From positions 18,335 through 82,334 of the forward strand of contig JAJZWS010000003.1 of the NCBI GenBank assembly GCA_021846565.1: a stretch of 64,000 nucleotides of DNA, in the 5' to 3' direction. The notes beneath the pieces were generated by a model, which saw nothing but the letters and a program-made list of their open reading frames with translations, was not told the DNA's origin and did not search any database. The position numbers and the translations under genes were made by a program. Shown piece after piece: positions 9,109 through 18,330 of this stretch (its first letter is position 1; each line of letters opens with the position of its first letter). This DNA is from Bacillota bacterium. GTDB taxonomy: Bacteria; Bacillota; Sulfobacillia; Sulfobacillales; JAIMBI01.

Positions 9109-10395
9109 ATGAGCGGGGAAAGATATGGACGAGCGTTGGGAGTGGCGGAAGTGACGGTGGAGGTTTTCGCGGCGCTGCTCGGGCTCTTGTCGGCGGCGGT
9201 CATCCTGTGGCGGCCCGCCTGGGCCTTTGGGACGCTGGTGGCGGCGTCCATCTGGGTCGAGGTGGTGCATGCCGGCACGGCGTCCCACTGGCAGTACGTG
9301 CCCTGGATAGTGCCCGCGTTCGTCGTGCTGGTGCAGGCGGCCCGTGCCGGCCCTTGGCGCATCCGGTGGGAGCCGGTGGTGGCGTGGAGTGCCGCCTACG
9401 GGGTGTGGGTGGTGCTGGTGGCCGTGGTCCATCACGGCACGGGGGACCTCAACTACGCCGCCGGCGTCCCGGTCGTCCTGGTGACGGCGCTGGTGGCCCT
9501 GCCGCGCGTGCATGCCCAGGCGGGCGGGCGCCCGTGGCACCAGCTTCTGATGGTGCTGGCGGGCGCCACCGCGCTCCTGTCGCTGGCCGCTGGCGTGGCG
9601 GCACTGGGATTCCATCAGGGGTTTCCGGTGCCCGTGGGCCATCGCATCCTGTTGGCGTGGCAATGGCCGTTTGCGAACAAAAATACCCTGGGCTTCCTGA
9701 CGGCCTTCGGGGTGCCGTCGGCGGCCATTCTGCTGGTGGAGCGCGAGCGGCCCCGGTGGATCTGGTGGGTGGCGGCCATCCTATCGGTGATGGGGCTCGC
9801 GCTGTCGTATTCCCGCACGGGCTGGATCGCGGCCGCGGTGGGCGTGCTGGTGGTGGCCGGCGTGGTGTATGGACGCCGCGGCGTGCTGTGGGGCCTAGGA
9901 GGCATCGTCGTAGCATTCGCGCTGGTCACGGCCAAGACCGGCGTGCATCGGCTGATCAGTCTCTTTAAGCATGGACTGTCGGGCCGCACACTGTTGTGGC
10001 GCGCCGCGCTGCACGTGGCCAAGCGTCACTGGCTCTTGGGTGTGGGGCCCGGTCAGTCACCGTCAGCGATGGCGCCGTACGTGCCACCCGCCTACGCGGG
10101 CCTCACGCCCAGCAACGGGCCTTTGGAGACGCTGGTGGAGTTGGGACTGGTGGGGCTGTTGCTGTGGGCGGCCGTGGTGGCCGCGGCGATCGCGGCGGCC
10201 TGGCAGCGTGCCACGTCGGCGCGGCACTTCGGCCTCTGGGCCGCGCTGCTGGTCGCAGGCCTCGTCGAGCAGCTGGCGGAATCCAGCTTTCTGGGCGGGA
10301 TATCCTTTGAGGACTACCTGTTCCTGGCGGTGCTGGCGGTGGTCGTATGCTGGCGAGACCCGCAGGGCGATGGAGAAGACAAGGAGGCGGCGTGA
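9109..10395 (+). CDS. O-antigen ligase / Wzy_C family polytopic membrane protein (ligase, polymerase or O-oligosaccharyltransferase-like)
   Basis: 428-aa ORF with about 10-12 TM segments. It has the characteristic loop and helix LALSYSRTGWIAAAVGVLVV and later SNGPLETLVELGLVGLLLW. Confidence 0.7.
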   Translation: MSGERYGRALGVAEVTVEVFAALLGLLSAAVILWRPAWAFGTLVAASIWVEVVHAGTASHWQYVPWIVPAFVVLVQAARAGPWRIRWEPVVAWSAAYGVWVVLVAVVHHGTGDLNYAAGVPVVLVTALVALPRVHAQAGGRPWHQLLMVLAGATALLSLAAGVAALGFHQGFPVPVGHRILLAWQWPFANKNTLGFLTAFGVPSAAILLVERERPRWIWWVAAILSVMGLALSYSRTGWIAAAVGVLVVAGVVYGRRGVLWGLGGIVVAFALVTAKTGVHRLISLFKHGLSGRTLLWRAALHVAKRHWLLGVGPGQSPSAMAPYVPPAYAGLTPSNGPLETLVELGLVGLLLWAAVVAAAIAAAWQRATSARHFGLWAALLVAGLVEQLAESSFLGGISFEDYLFLAVLAVVVCWRDPQGDGEDKEAA

Positions 10396-11360
10396 ACGTT
10401 CTGGTGACGGGAGCGCGCGGCTACATCGGCCGGGCGGTGGCGCACAGGCTGGCGGACGCGGGGCACGCCGTCGTGGGCTTCGATCTGGCGCCCTTGGTGG
10501 AGGAAGGTCCGCTGCACACCGCCTCCAGCATCCGGCAGCTGGTCGGCGACGTGCGCGACGAGGAGGGGCTCACCCAAACGCTCCAGGACCACGCGGTGGA
10601 CGCGGTGGTGCACTTGGCGGGCAAGATCGTGGTGAGCGAATCGGTGACGGAGCCGCTCGCGTACTGGGACCACAACGTGGGTGGCGGCATCGCACTCCTG
10701 AAGGCCATGGTGGCGGCCGACGTTCGCCAGATCGTGTTCTCCAGTTCGGCGGCCGTCTATGGCGAGGTGGCCCCGGAACCCATTGCCGAACAGCATCGGC
10801 GCGAACCCATGAACCCCTACGGTCGCACCAAGCTCACGATGGAGTGGATGCTGGAGGATCTGGACCGTGCAGGGGCCGTGCACTATGTGGCACTTCGGTA
10901 CTTCAACGCCGCCGGCGCCGTGCCCGGCGTGACGGTTGAGCGCCACCACCCCGAGACGCACCTGATCCCCAATGCGCTGACGGCCGCCGCGAGCGGCCGG
11001 CCCTTAAAGATTTTTGGCAGCGACTATGATACCGGGGACGGCACGGCCATGCGCGACTATGTGCATGTGGGCGACCTGGCCGACGCCCATCGGGTGGCGC
11101 TGGACCATCTCGCCCAGGGCGGCGCGTCGTTGGCGCTCAACGTAGCCACCGGTCTCGGATACACCGTGGCCGAGGTGGTGGCGTCGCTGGAGCGCGCGCT
11201 GGGGCGGCCAGTGCCCACGGTGGCGGCGGACCGCCGCCCGGGCGATCCCCCCCTCCTGATTGGCCGCGGCACGGCCATTCGGGAGCACTTGGGGTGGGTG
11301 CCGGCCCATCCCGACCTGGATGACATCACGAAAAGCGCGGTGGCGGCGCACCGGCCGTGA
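10392..11360 (+). CDS. galE: UDP-glucose 4-epimerase
   Basis: The GTG at 10392 overlaps the upstream TGA and follows AAGGAGG. VNVLVTGARGYIGRAV Rossmann motif, SSSAAVYG, YGRTK (YxxxK) and FNAAGA. Confidence 0.8.
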   Translation: MNVLVTGARGYIGRAVAHRLADAGHAVVGFDLAPLVEEGPLHTASSIRQLVGDVRDEEGLTQTLQDHAVDAVVHLAGKIVVSESVTEPLAYWDHNVGGGIALLKAMVAADVRQIVFSSSAAVYGEVAPEPIAEQHRREPMNPYGRTKLTMEWMLEDLDRAGAVHYVALRYFNAAGAVPGVTVERHHPETHLIPNALTAAASGRPLKIFGSDYDTGDGTAMRDYVHVGDLADAHRVALDHLAQGGASLALNVATGLGYTVAEVVASLERALGRPVPTVAADRRPGDPPLLIGRGTAIREHLGWVPAHPDLDDITKSAVAAHRP

Positions 11361-12001
11361 CGCGCGGTACGGAGTCCGGGGCTCCCCTGGTGGAGGCGGC
11401 ACGCCAGCTGGTGCGCGAAGGCCTGGTGGTGGGCACGGCCGGCAACGTGAGCGTGCGCACGTCTATGGGGTTGATCATCACGCCCACGGCCGTGCCGGCC
11501 GACGAGCTCATCCCCGAGCAGCTGGCGGTGCTGGACGACGAGGGCGGTCAGGTAGGGGGCACCCACCGCCGCAGCAGCGAATGGCGCCTGCACCTGGCGA
11601 TTTATCATGCGCGACCCGACGTCGGGGCCGTCGTCCATACCCACTCCGTGGCGGCCACCACCCTCGCGGTGCTGCGCATCCCCATCCCGCCGATTCACTA
11701 CGCCCTGCACGAGTTGGGCGGAGAGGTGCGGGTGGCGCCCTACGCCACCTTTGGGAGCGCCGAGCTGGCCCAGAATACGGCGGCGACCCTGGGCATCGCC
11801 CACGCCGTGCTGCTGGCCAACCACGGGGCGGTCGCGGTGGGGCCGGATCTTCCCACGGCGCTGGAGCGGGCGCGCCTCGTGGAGTGGCTCGGCCGCGTCT
11901 ACCTGGAGGTGCTGAGGACGGGCTCGCCCCACGTCCTCACGCCGGACGAGATGGCGGCCGCGGGCGATCGGTTTCAAGACTATCGGCCGTCGCGGATGTA
12001 G
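11357..12001 (+). CDS. Class II aldolase/adducin-family protein (fuculose-phosphate aldolase-like)
   Basis: The GTG at 11357 overlaps the galE stop (GTGA). GTAGNVSVR, SSEWRLHLAIYHARPDVGAVVHTHS and LLANHGAV are typical of class II aldolases. Confidence 0.75.
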   Translation: MTRGTESGAPLVEAARQLVREGLVVGTAGNVSVRTSMGLIITPTAVPADELIPEQLAVLDDEGGQVGGTHRRSSEWRLHLAIYHARPDVGAVVHTHSVAATTLAVLRIPIPPIHYALHELGGEVRVAPYATFGSAELAQNTAATLGIAHAVLLANHGAVAVGPDLPTALERARLVEWLGRVYLEVLRTGSPHVLTPDEMAAAGDRFQDYRPSRM

Positions 12002-12030
12002 ACCGCTCGCGCCTGCCAGCTCAGTCCGTC

Positions 12031-13293
12031 CTACGACGAACCCGGTGCCGACGGGTTCCCGGCTTCTCCCACGGTGGCCTCCATCATGGGGGAAAAGGCG
12101 TACCATGCCGCCACGGCGCCCATCCCGAGGGCTGCGGCCCACAGTGCGGGCCGAAAGCCCGCGGCCACGGCCAGCGCGCCTCCGAGCGGGGCCGCGAACA
12201 CCACCACGGCCCGATTGCTGGCGCGCATCGTGGCGTTGGTGCGCCCCTGCAGGGCCCGTGGGGTGATGGATTGCCGGTAGGCTGATTCCAACGGGCCCTC
12301 CAGGCCCATTGCGAAGCCATAAACCAGTTCAGCGGCGGCCGCCAGGCCAAAGGCAGCCAGGGTCGTGCCGTGCGAGGCCGAGGGTGCCAGCGCCAGCAGC
12401 GCGATGCTGGGGAGATACAGGGCGCGGGCCCGCCCGATCACCCGGCCCGCACCCCAGCGAGCCGCGGATCGTGAGGACAGCGCGATGCCAGCCAACGATC
12501 CGATGCCCGCGGCAGCCAGCACGAATCCGACGGCCACCGGTGACAGCTTCAGCCCCAACAGCAGGAACGGGATCAGCAGCGTGGTGGTGACGGCATGAAA
12601 CATGAACCAGAGATTGGTGTTCAGCGCGAGCGACCGCAGGCGGCGATGGCCATAAACCCAGCGGAGGCCGTCGCGCACCTCCTGCCGGACCCCCGCGGCC
12701 GTGCGAGGGTTTGCCGCCGGCGCCGGCGAGAGGCCAGCATTCAGCGCGCCACTGACCAGGTGGGCCACCGCGTCCATGGCGATCGCCAGCGGGGTGCCCA
12801 CGACCGCGATGATCGCCCCGGCCAGGGCCGGTCCGACCGACTGGGCCGCCGCCCCCGTCTGCTCCAACCGCACGTTGGCGGACAGCAAATCCTCGGGGGG
12901 CACCAGATCCGGCAGAATGGCCTGGGCCGCGGCCTCGTGGAACAGCGAGCCTCCGCCTGCCACCAGGGCCAGCGCCCAAAGGCCGGGGATGGTGAGCCGG
13001 TCAAGCCCGGCCAGCACCGCCATGGCTGCGAGCACCGCCATTACCAGGACATCGGTCCAGACCAGCACCGACCGCCGCGGCAGGCGGTCGACGGCGGTGC
13101 CGGCCACCAGACCCAGCAGTAAGTAGGGGAGCCAGCGGGCCGCAGTCAAGAGGCCCACATCGAACGCGCTCCCGTGCAGGGAAACCACCAGCAGAACCTG
13201 GACGGCCAGCAGGCGAATGTAGGCCCCGAGGCTCAGGGCGCCGTCGGACCCCCAAAACCGGAGGTAGTCGCGGCCGCCCGGCATCCGTGCCAC
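12031..13293 (-). CDS. MFS transporter (MFS_3 / enterobactin-exporter-like architecture)
   Basis: 420-aa ORF with 12 predicted TM segments. The N-terminus RDYLRFWGSDGALSLGAYIRLLAVQVLLV is typical of this MFS subgroup. Convergent with the aldolase gene. Confidence 0.7.
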   Translation of the reverse strand: MARMPGGRDYLRFWGSDGALSLGAYIRLLAVQVLLVVSLHGSAFDVGLLTAARWLPYLLLGLVAGTAVDRLPRRSVLVWTDVLVMAVLAAMAVLAGLDRLTIPGLWALALVAGGGSLFHEAAAQAILPDLVPPEDLLSANVRLEQTGAAAQSVGPALAGAIIAVVGTPLAIAMDAVAHLVSGALNAGLSPAPAANPRTAAGVRQEVRDGLRWVYGHRRLRSLALNTNLWFMFHAVTTTLLIPFLLLGLKLSPVAVGFVLAAAGIGSLAGIALSSRSAARWGAGRVIGRARALYLPSIALLALAPSASHGTTLAAFGLAAAAELVYGFAMGLEGPLESAYRQSITPRALQGRTNATMRASNRAVVVFAAPLGGALAVAAGFRPALWAAALGMGAVAAWYAFSPMMEATVGEAGNPSAPGSS

Positions 13294-13713
13294 GGAGGGT
13301 CACCCCCTCTCAAGCCCTTTTGCCCTTCGTCGTCGCCGAGGTGGTGCCGGGTACGGCCACCGTGGGTCCTGCGATGCCTGCATTCCCTACATTCTTGTCG
13401 AAGCGCGGACATGGCCCCAGCACGGGTCAGCTCGTGAGTGAGTTGGGCGGCTGGCGGCGGCGACTAACATCGTCCCGCGATCACGGTCCCGGGGGGTGAA
13501 GCCGTAGCTCGGCGGTTCTGACCCTTGGTCTGGGTGGGGACCCAGCGTGGATGAGCCAGCGCCAGAGCGGCGCGTTGTCCTACTCGCGGCGCCAGTGTTA
13601 CACTCCCGCTAGATCTGGTGTCCTGGGTACGGCGACGGGCCGGCCCCGGGCGAACAGGGGAGGTCCTCTCGGGTGCACCATCGACCGCGTCGCGGTTCAA
13701 AGTGGTTGCCTTG

Positions 13714-14316
13714 ATGGGTGGCCGTCGTTTGGGGTTGGGCGTGGCATTGGGAGCTGCCCTGGCCACCGTGCTGGCCCTGACCGGACAGCTGGCTCCCAAC
13801 CAACCTGCCGCTTTTGCCACTCAAGGGGCTTCGGTGGTTTCCACCCGAGCACCTGACCGCGTTGTGATTCAGCGGGTCATCCTCTACCCGGCCACCATCG
13901 CGCAGCATCCGAACCTGTGGCACAACGCTGAGCCGCTCGCTCGGGTCAACGCGACCCCCGGAGTGGCTGCCAGCCTATATACCGCCGCCCGGCAGATCCT
14001 GGCGACCGGGGCGGCGGCCGAGTCCGCCTACCTTAAAGCCCACGGCACATCGCCGGCGTATTCGTGTCCTGCCGGGATGGCCGCGATCCAGCTGACGTTT
14101 TTCAGCGCCGGCCGCCAGCTGGCTGTTGTGAAGCTTCTTCAATGGGGGTGCGACGGTGAAACCGTACGCGCAGCGGGACAGCCACGCCAGGCGGTGGGTC
14201 CCCTCGGAATTGGCCGGCCGTTTGTGCGTTTCCTGCACGCAATCGCGGCAGCCGCCCACATCCCTTACGCCAACCTCCTGCCCCGATGGGCCAGCCTGCC
14301 GTCGAGCGCGCCATAA
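13714..14316 (+). CDS. Secreted hypothetical protein
   Basis: ORF 13618..14316. From the ATG at 13714 the product begins MGGRRLGLGVALGAALATVLALTGQLAPNQPAAFA, a signal-peptide-like sequence. No recognisable domain, and the start is uncertain because no good RBS is present. Confidence 0.45.
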   Translation: MGGRRLGLGVALGAALATVLALTGQLAPNQPAAFATQGASVVSTRAPDRVVIQRVILYPATIAQHPNLWHNAEPLARVNATPGVAASLYTAARQILATGAAAESAYLKAHGTSPAYSCPAGMAAIQLTFFSAGRQLAVVKLLQWGCDGETVRAAGQPRQAVGPLGIGRPFVRFLHAIAAAAHIPYANLLPRWASLPSSAP

Positions 14317-14584
14317 CGTCTGACGGCACCGAGGCGGACAGCGAATACGACGGGCGGACCAGGACGCTGCCGCGGCGTCGACCTGCGGCGACAGCGCGGA
14401 CGATGGCGTAGTCCTGGCCCCATCCTCCACCTTCTCTCTACGTAGGCTAGCCGAACTAAAGCGCAGCGGCGCTCGGCTGCTTGCGCGTCACGGCACCCGG
14501 CGAGGGGCACGGGAGGGTCCTCGTTTGCGAATGGATGTGATAGACCGGATACGACACGACACGGCGCGTGGGGAGGCGGCGGCG

Positions 14585-15691
14585 ATGGCCACAGCGACCA
14601 GGGTGGCGGTGGTGGGCGGGGGCTACGCAGGGCTGGCGGCCTTGCCGGGGCTGCTGCAGATTTCAGGCGGGGAGGTGCACCTCTGGGACCCCAGTGATGG
14701 GCAGCAGCTGCTGCCGGAACTCCCGTCCGCGTTGGTCGGCGATGACGCCGTGGAGCGCCATGTGCTGCCGTTTGCCAAGCTGCTGGCGGGGACCGGGGTG
14801 GTGCACCACCCGCATGCCGTGGTCGAGGTCAAGTCCAGCGCCCGTCTCTTGGTCGATGACACTGGCCACCAGGCAGCATTCGACTGGGTGATCGTCGCCG
14901 TGGGCACCGACACGGCCTGGCCGCCCGTGCCCGGACTGCGCCGCCACGCATGGCCATTTCACAGCGCCGCCGATGCCCAGCGCCTGAAGCGCGCGCTCGC
15001 GGCCGCACCGCGCGGGCGGGTGCTGGTGGGCGGCGGTGGCCTCACCGGCGTGGAGCTGGCCGGTGCGCTCAGCGAGCGCTGGCCGGTGACGTTGGTGGAA
15101 GCGGCGGACCGCCTCTTGCCAAGCTTGGGGCCGGGGTTGGCCCGCTACGGCCGAGAGCGCCTGACGCGGGCCGGCGTGCACGTGCGGACGGGGCGCCCCA
15201 TTGCCCGCGTCGACGCGGGCACCGTGACACTGGACGGCGGCCCGTCTGTTCCCTGGGACGTGTTCATCTGGGCTGGCGGCCTCGCCGCCCCCGCCACGCC
15301 GATGATCGAGGGGGCGCAACATGACAACCAGGGTTATGCGGTGGCCGATCCCTGGGGCCAGGTGGCCCCGCACGTCTACGTGGCGGGGGACGCCTGGCTT
15401 CACCGCGACGGAGCCCGGATTGGACCACAGACGGCGCAGGCGGCCACGGCCGACGGTCAGTTTGTGGCCGAGGCGATTCGGCGGAGCGCGGCGGGCGAGA
15501 GACCCAGCTCCGCCCACACGCCCAACAACTGCGGGATGCTGGTGTCGCTCGACCCGCACCGCGGCGTGGGCTGGGTGGTGGACGAAGGACTGCCGGTGTG
15601 GGGCTATGGCGCCCGCCTGATGAAGGATGTGGTGTTTCGCCAGTACCGCCACAGGGTGGCCGCACGGCTGGGCACCCTGCGCCGACCGTAG
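14585..15691 (+). CDS. FAD/NAD(P)-dependent pyridine nucleotide-disulfide oxidoreductase (type II NADH dehydrogenase-like)
   Basis: ORF 14525..15691, trimmed to MATATRVAVVGGGYAGLAA (RBS GGGGAGG). A second dinucleotide fold is present at VLVGGGGLTGVELAGAL. Confidence 0.7.
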   Translation: MATATRVAVVGGGYAGLAALPGLLQISGGEVHLWDPSDGQQLLPELPSALVGDDAVERHVLPFAKLLAGTGVVHHPHAVVEVKSSARLLVDDTGHQAAFDWVIVAVGTDTAWPPVPGLRRHAWPFHSAADAQRLKRALAAAPRGRVLVGGGGLTGVELAGALSERWPVTLVEAADRLLPSLGPGLARYGRERLTRAGVHVRTGRPIARVDAGTVTLDGGPSVPWDVFIWAGGLAAPATPMIEGAQHDNQGYAVADPWGQVAPHVYVAGDAWLHRDGARIGPQTAQAATADGQFVAEAIRRSAAGERPSSAHTPNNCGMLVSLDPHRGVGWVVDEGLPVWGYGARLMKDVVFRQYRHRVAARLGTLRRP

Positions 15692-15701
15692 TCGATGCGG
15701 G

Positions 15702-16328
15702 TCACGACTCGGCGGTGGGCCCCGAGGGTCGGGAGACGGACGGATGCCCGCGAATCCAAAAGCGCCACGGATACGCCTGGGCCTCGCCGGCGTAGGGAAT
15801 GTTGCGTCGGGGCCCCGCGGCGATGGCCGCGCCCGGCCACGGGTCCCGGTAGTGTGCGAGGTACATGGGCGGCAGCCACAGCGGGAGCCCATTTGCTGCC
15901 ATCGTGATGCCCAGTGCCTGCGTGAGCTTGCCAGGGCCGCTGCCGATGGCGGATTCGGCGCCCACCCCGCGGCGCCGCGTCATCAAGGGGAGGTTCTCCA
16001 CCGGTGCGACGGCGCGCACCAGCACCGCCTCCGGCGCGCCCACGGGGCCCGCCACCACGTCAAAGCATACGTAGCGCCCATAAATTTGGTACAGGTACGC
16101 GTGTCCGGGGGGACCAAACATCACTTCCGTGCGGCGCGTGCGGCGGTTGCCAAAGGAGTGGGCCGCCTGATCCATGGGTCCCCGGTACGCCTCCGTTTCG
16201 ACGATCATGCCCGCCGCCAGGCCGTCCGCCGTGTCATGCACCAGCAGCTGGCCCAGCAGGCGGCGGGCCATGCCAACCGTGTCCTGGTTGGCAAACCACC
16301 GAGGGTCGATCGGGGGCGGCGTTGTCAC
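15702..16328 (-). CDS. DNA-3-methyladenine glycosylase (Mpg/AAG family)
   Basis: 208-aa ORF with LLGQLLVH...GMIVETEAYRGPMDQAAHSFGNRRTRRTEVMFGPPGHAYLYQIYG...GPGKLTQALGI. Confidence 0.8.
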   Translation of the reverse strand: MTTPPPIDPRWFANQDTVGMARRLLGQLLVHDTADGLAAGMIVETEAYRGPMDQAAHSFGNRRTRRTEVMFGPPGHAYLYQIYGRYVCFDVVAGPVGAPEAVLVRAVAPVENLPLMTRRRGVGAESAIGSGPGKLTQALGITMAANGLPLWLPPMYLAHYRDPWPGAAIAAGPRRNIPYAGEAQAYPWRFWIRGHPSVSRPSGPTAES

Positions 16329-16711
16329 GAGCGACCTCCTCTGGGTTGACGCTGCTGCCAGTATGCCAAAGGGCGGACGCCATCACGAAGGCGCCTGCCG
16401 TGGGTATCCACTAAGCGGGTCGGCGCGGACGGAAAAGCAGGCGCGGCGAGTGGGCGGCGCTGGACCGGCGTGTTATGGTCGAAGGGTCAAATCGGCAAAT
16501 GGTTCACCGGGGGAACCGGTGAACGGTTGATGCCTCACCAAGCGGCCATGAAGTGTCCAGTCTCTGGGGACCACAGAGGTTGCCGAGGGCGTCACTCGAA
16601 ACGGATGGTGCCCATTTCTGGCCAAGGGGTCGCTGGGACCGGATCGGGACAGCGGATCGCAGGAGGTGCTTATCGGAGGCAGCGAGAGGGTGTTGAAAGG
16701 GAGGGCGTTCC

Positions 16712-18073
16712 ATGTCTACTGATCCCACCGGAACCTCGTCGAAAAAGCTCGTGCCAGCGATCTCCACGGTGCAGGCCGTGGCCTTTGCCCTGGCCGCCAC
16801 GTCACCCACCGCCTCGGTTTTTCTCACGTACGGGTCTGCCTGGGCCACCGCCGGCACCGGACTTGTCATCGGGTTTCTCATCGGGGCGGTCATCGCGTAC
16901 GCGATTGCGCTCAGCTACGCCGAAGGGGCGAGCGCGTATCGGTACACGACGGGTGGCGACTATTCCATCGTGGCGCAGGCGCTGGGGCCTCGGGTGGGCA
17001 GCATCTACACGTCGCTGTTCACGTTCAAGGGCATTGTCATTCCGGCGGTGCTGAGCCTGGCGACGGCCGCTTATATTCAGGCGGTCATTCCGGGACTGGC
17101 GGTGGTGCCCACCGCGGTCGTGGTGCTGCTGGTCATCCTGTTTCTATCGTTCGAGGGCATCAAAGTGTCCAGCACCGTCGCCATGGTGATGGTGGCCATC
17201 GAGTCGGTGGTGCTGCTGGGATTCATGGTGGTGGCGGCCACGCATCTCCGTCAGCCCGTCGGCATCCTGATCCACCCCGTCAGGCCGTCGGGGCCGAGCC
17301 TGCTGCCGGCCGTGGGAGCCGGCATCCTCGCATCCGTGGTGTCGGCCCTGTTTGCCTTCAACGGGTGGGAAGCGAGTTTGTACGTCAGCGAAGAGACCAA
17401 AACCAATCCGCGCGGCATCGGCCGCACCGTCGTGGTCAACATCAGCCTCATCATCGGACTGGAGGTGCTGGCGGTGGTGTTGGCGACGCTGGCTCTGCCG
17501 CGGCTCAGCCTGTCCACCAGCACCGTGATTCCGCTGGCGGTGGTGGTGCGGTCGGCCATGGGCGCCTTTGGCGCGACCGCCCTGCTGATTGGCGTGGTGA
17601 TCGCGCAGTTCGACTCCGCGCTGGCATCCACCGTGGTCTACGGCCGGATTTACTACGCCATCGCCCGAGACGGGCACTGGCCGGGCGCCTTGAACCGCTT
17701 CTTCTTGCGGCTCAATCGGTTCGGTGTGCCCTACGGCGCCTTCGTGGTGTTGGGCGTCATCAACGTCGTGATCTGCCTCGCCACGTCTCTGACCAACTTG
17801 GTGATTTTTACCGGGGCGCTCCTGATGGTGCTGTACCTGGGCGTGGCGGCCTCCAGTTTCATCACGCGACGGCGGGACCACCCGGCGTTTCGGATGCCGT
17901 GGTGGCCGGTGCCGCCGCTGGTCGCCATCGTGGGCATCGTGGCGGTGTTCACGCAGCAAACCCTGACGGCGGTGTCGGTGGTGGCAGCGATGGTGGTGGT
18001 GGGCCTGGTGTGGGGGTTGTGGCATCGCCAGCCGCCACCGAGCCCCGAGGAAGTCCTGGGCGAGTCGGGGTGA
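16712..18073 (+). CDS. APC-family amino acid/polyamine permease
   Basis: 453-aa ORF with about 12 TM segments. The N-terminal segment and FAFNGWEASLYVSEETKNP are typical of the APC superfamily. RBS GAAAGGGAGGG. Confidence 0.75.
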   Translation: MSTDPTGTSSKKLVPAISTVQAVAFALAATSPTASVFLTYGSAWATAGTGLVIGFLIGAVIAYAIALSYAEGASAYRYTTGGDYSIVAQALGPRVGSIYTSLFTFKGIVIPAVLSLATAAYIQAVIPGLAVVPTAVVVLLVILFLSFEGIKVSSTVAMVMVAIESVVLLGFMVVAATHLRQPVGILIHPVRPSGPSLLPAVGAGILASVVSALFAFNGWEASLYVSEETKTNPRGIGRTVVVNISLIIGLEVLAVVLATLALPRLSLSTSTVIPLAVVVRSAMGAFGATALLIGVVIAQFDSALASTVVYGRIYYAIARDGHWPGALNRFFLRLNRFGVPYGAFVVLGVINVVICLATSLTNLVIFTGALLMVLYLGVAASSFITRRRDHPAFRMPWWPVPPLVAIVGIVAVFTQQTLTAVSVVAAMVVVGLVWGLWHRQPPPSPEEVLGESG

Positions 18074-18084
18074 CGCGCGCCCGC

Positions 18085-18114
18085 GCCCCCTTCGTCTCTA
18101 AGAACGAAGGGGGC
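18085..18114 (+). terminator. Strong stem-loop immediately after the APC permease stop
   Basis: GCCCCCTTCGT-ctctaaga-ACGAAGGGGGC forms a perfect 11-bp stem starting 12 nt after the TGA. No U-tract follows, so intrinsic termination is inferred only. Confidence 0.55.
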
Positions 18115-18230
18115 GACCGACTCGCCGGAGGGGAGGCCGCGGTCCGCGGGAACGGGAGGGGGTGGCCCACTGTTCCGCCAGGCCAGCCGGCGGCCCTCGC
18201 GGAAAAGTTGTGGGAGCCGTCGCCAGGCGC

Positions 18231-18259
18231 TTGCGAGCCGATATCGAATCGCATATGAT
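18231..18259 (+). promoter_or_regulatory. Sigma-70-type promoter candidate for the hpa operon
   Basis: TTGCGA (18231-18236), 17 nt spacer, TATGAT (18254-18259). It lies about 70 nt upstream of the ATG at 18331, which has the RBS AAAGGAG. Confidence 0.5.
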
Positions 18260-18330
18260 CTCAGACACCATCGCCGATGTGATCGCGAAGATTTCAGGGG
18301 CCGCTGGCGACCGCCCTAAAGGAGCGAATC

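Noticed and set aside
16603-16613. T-box-like core GGATGGTGCCC in the APC permease leader
   Set aside because: Only a partial match to the GGGTGGTACCGCG consensus. I could identify no convincing specifier loop, Stem I motifs or terminator/antiterminator alternative by eye. It is kept only as an unclassified structured leader.
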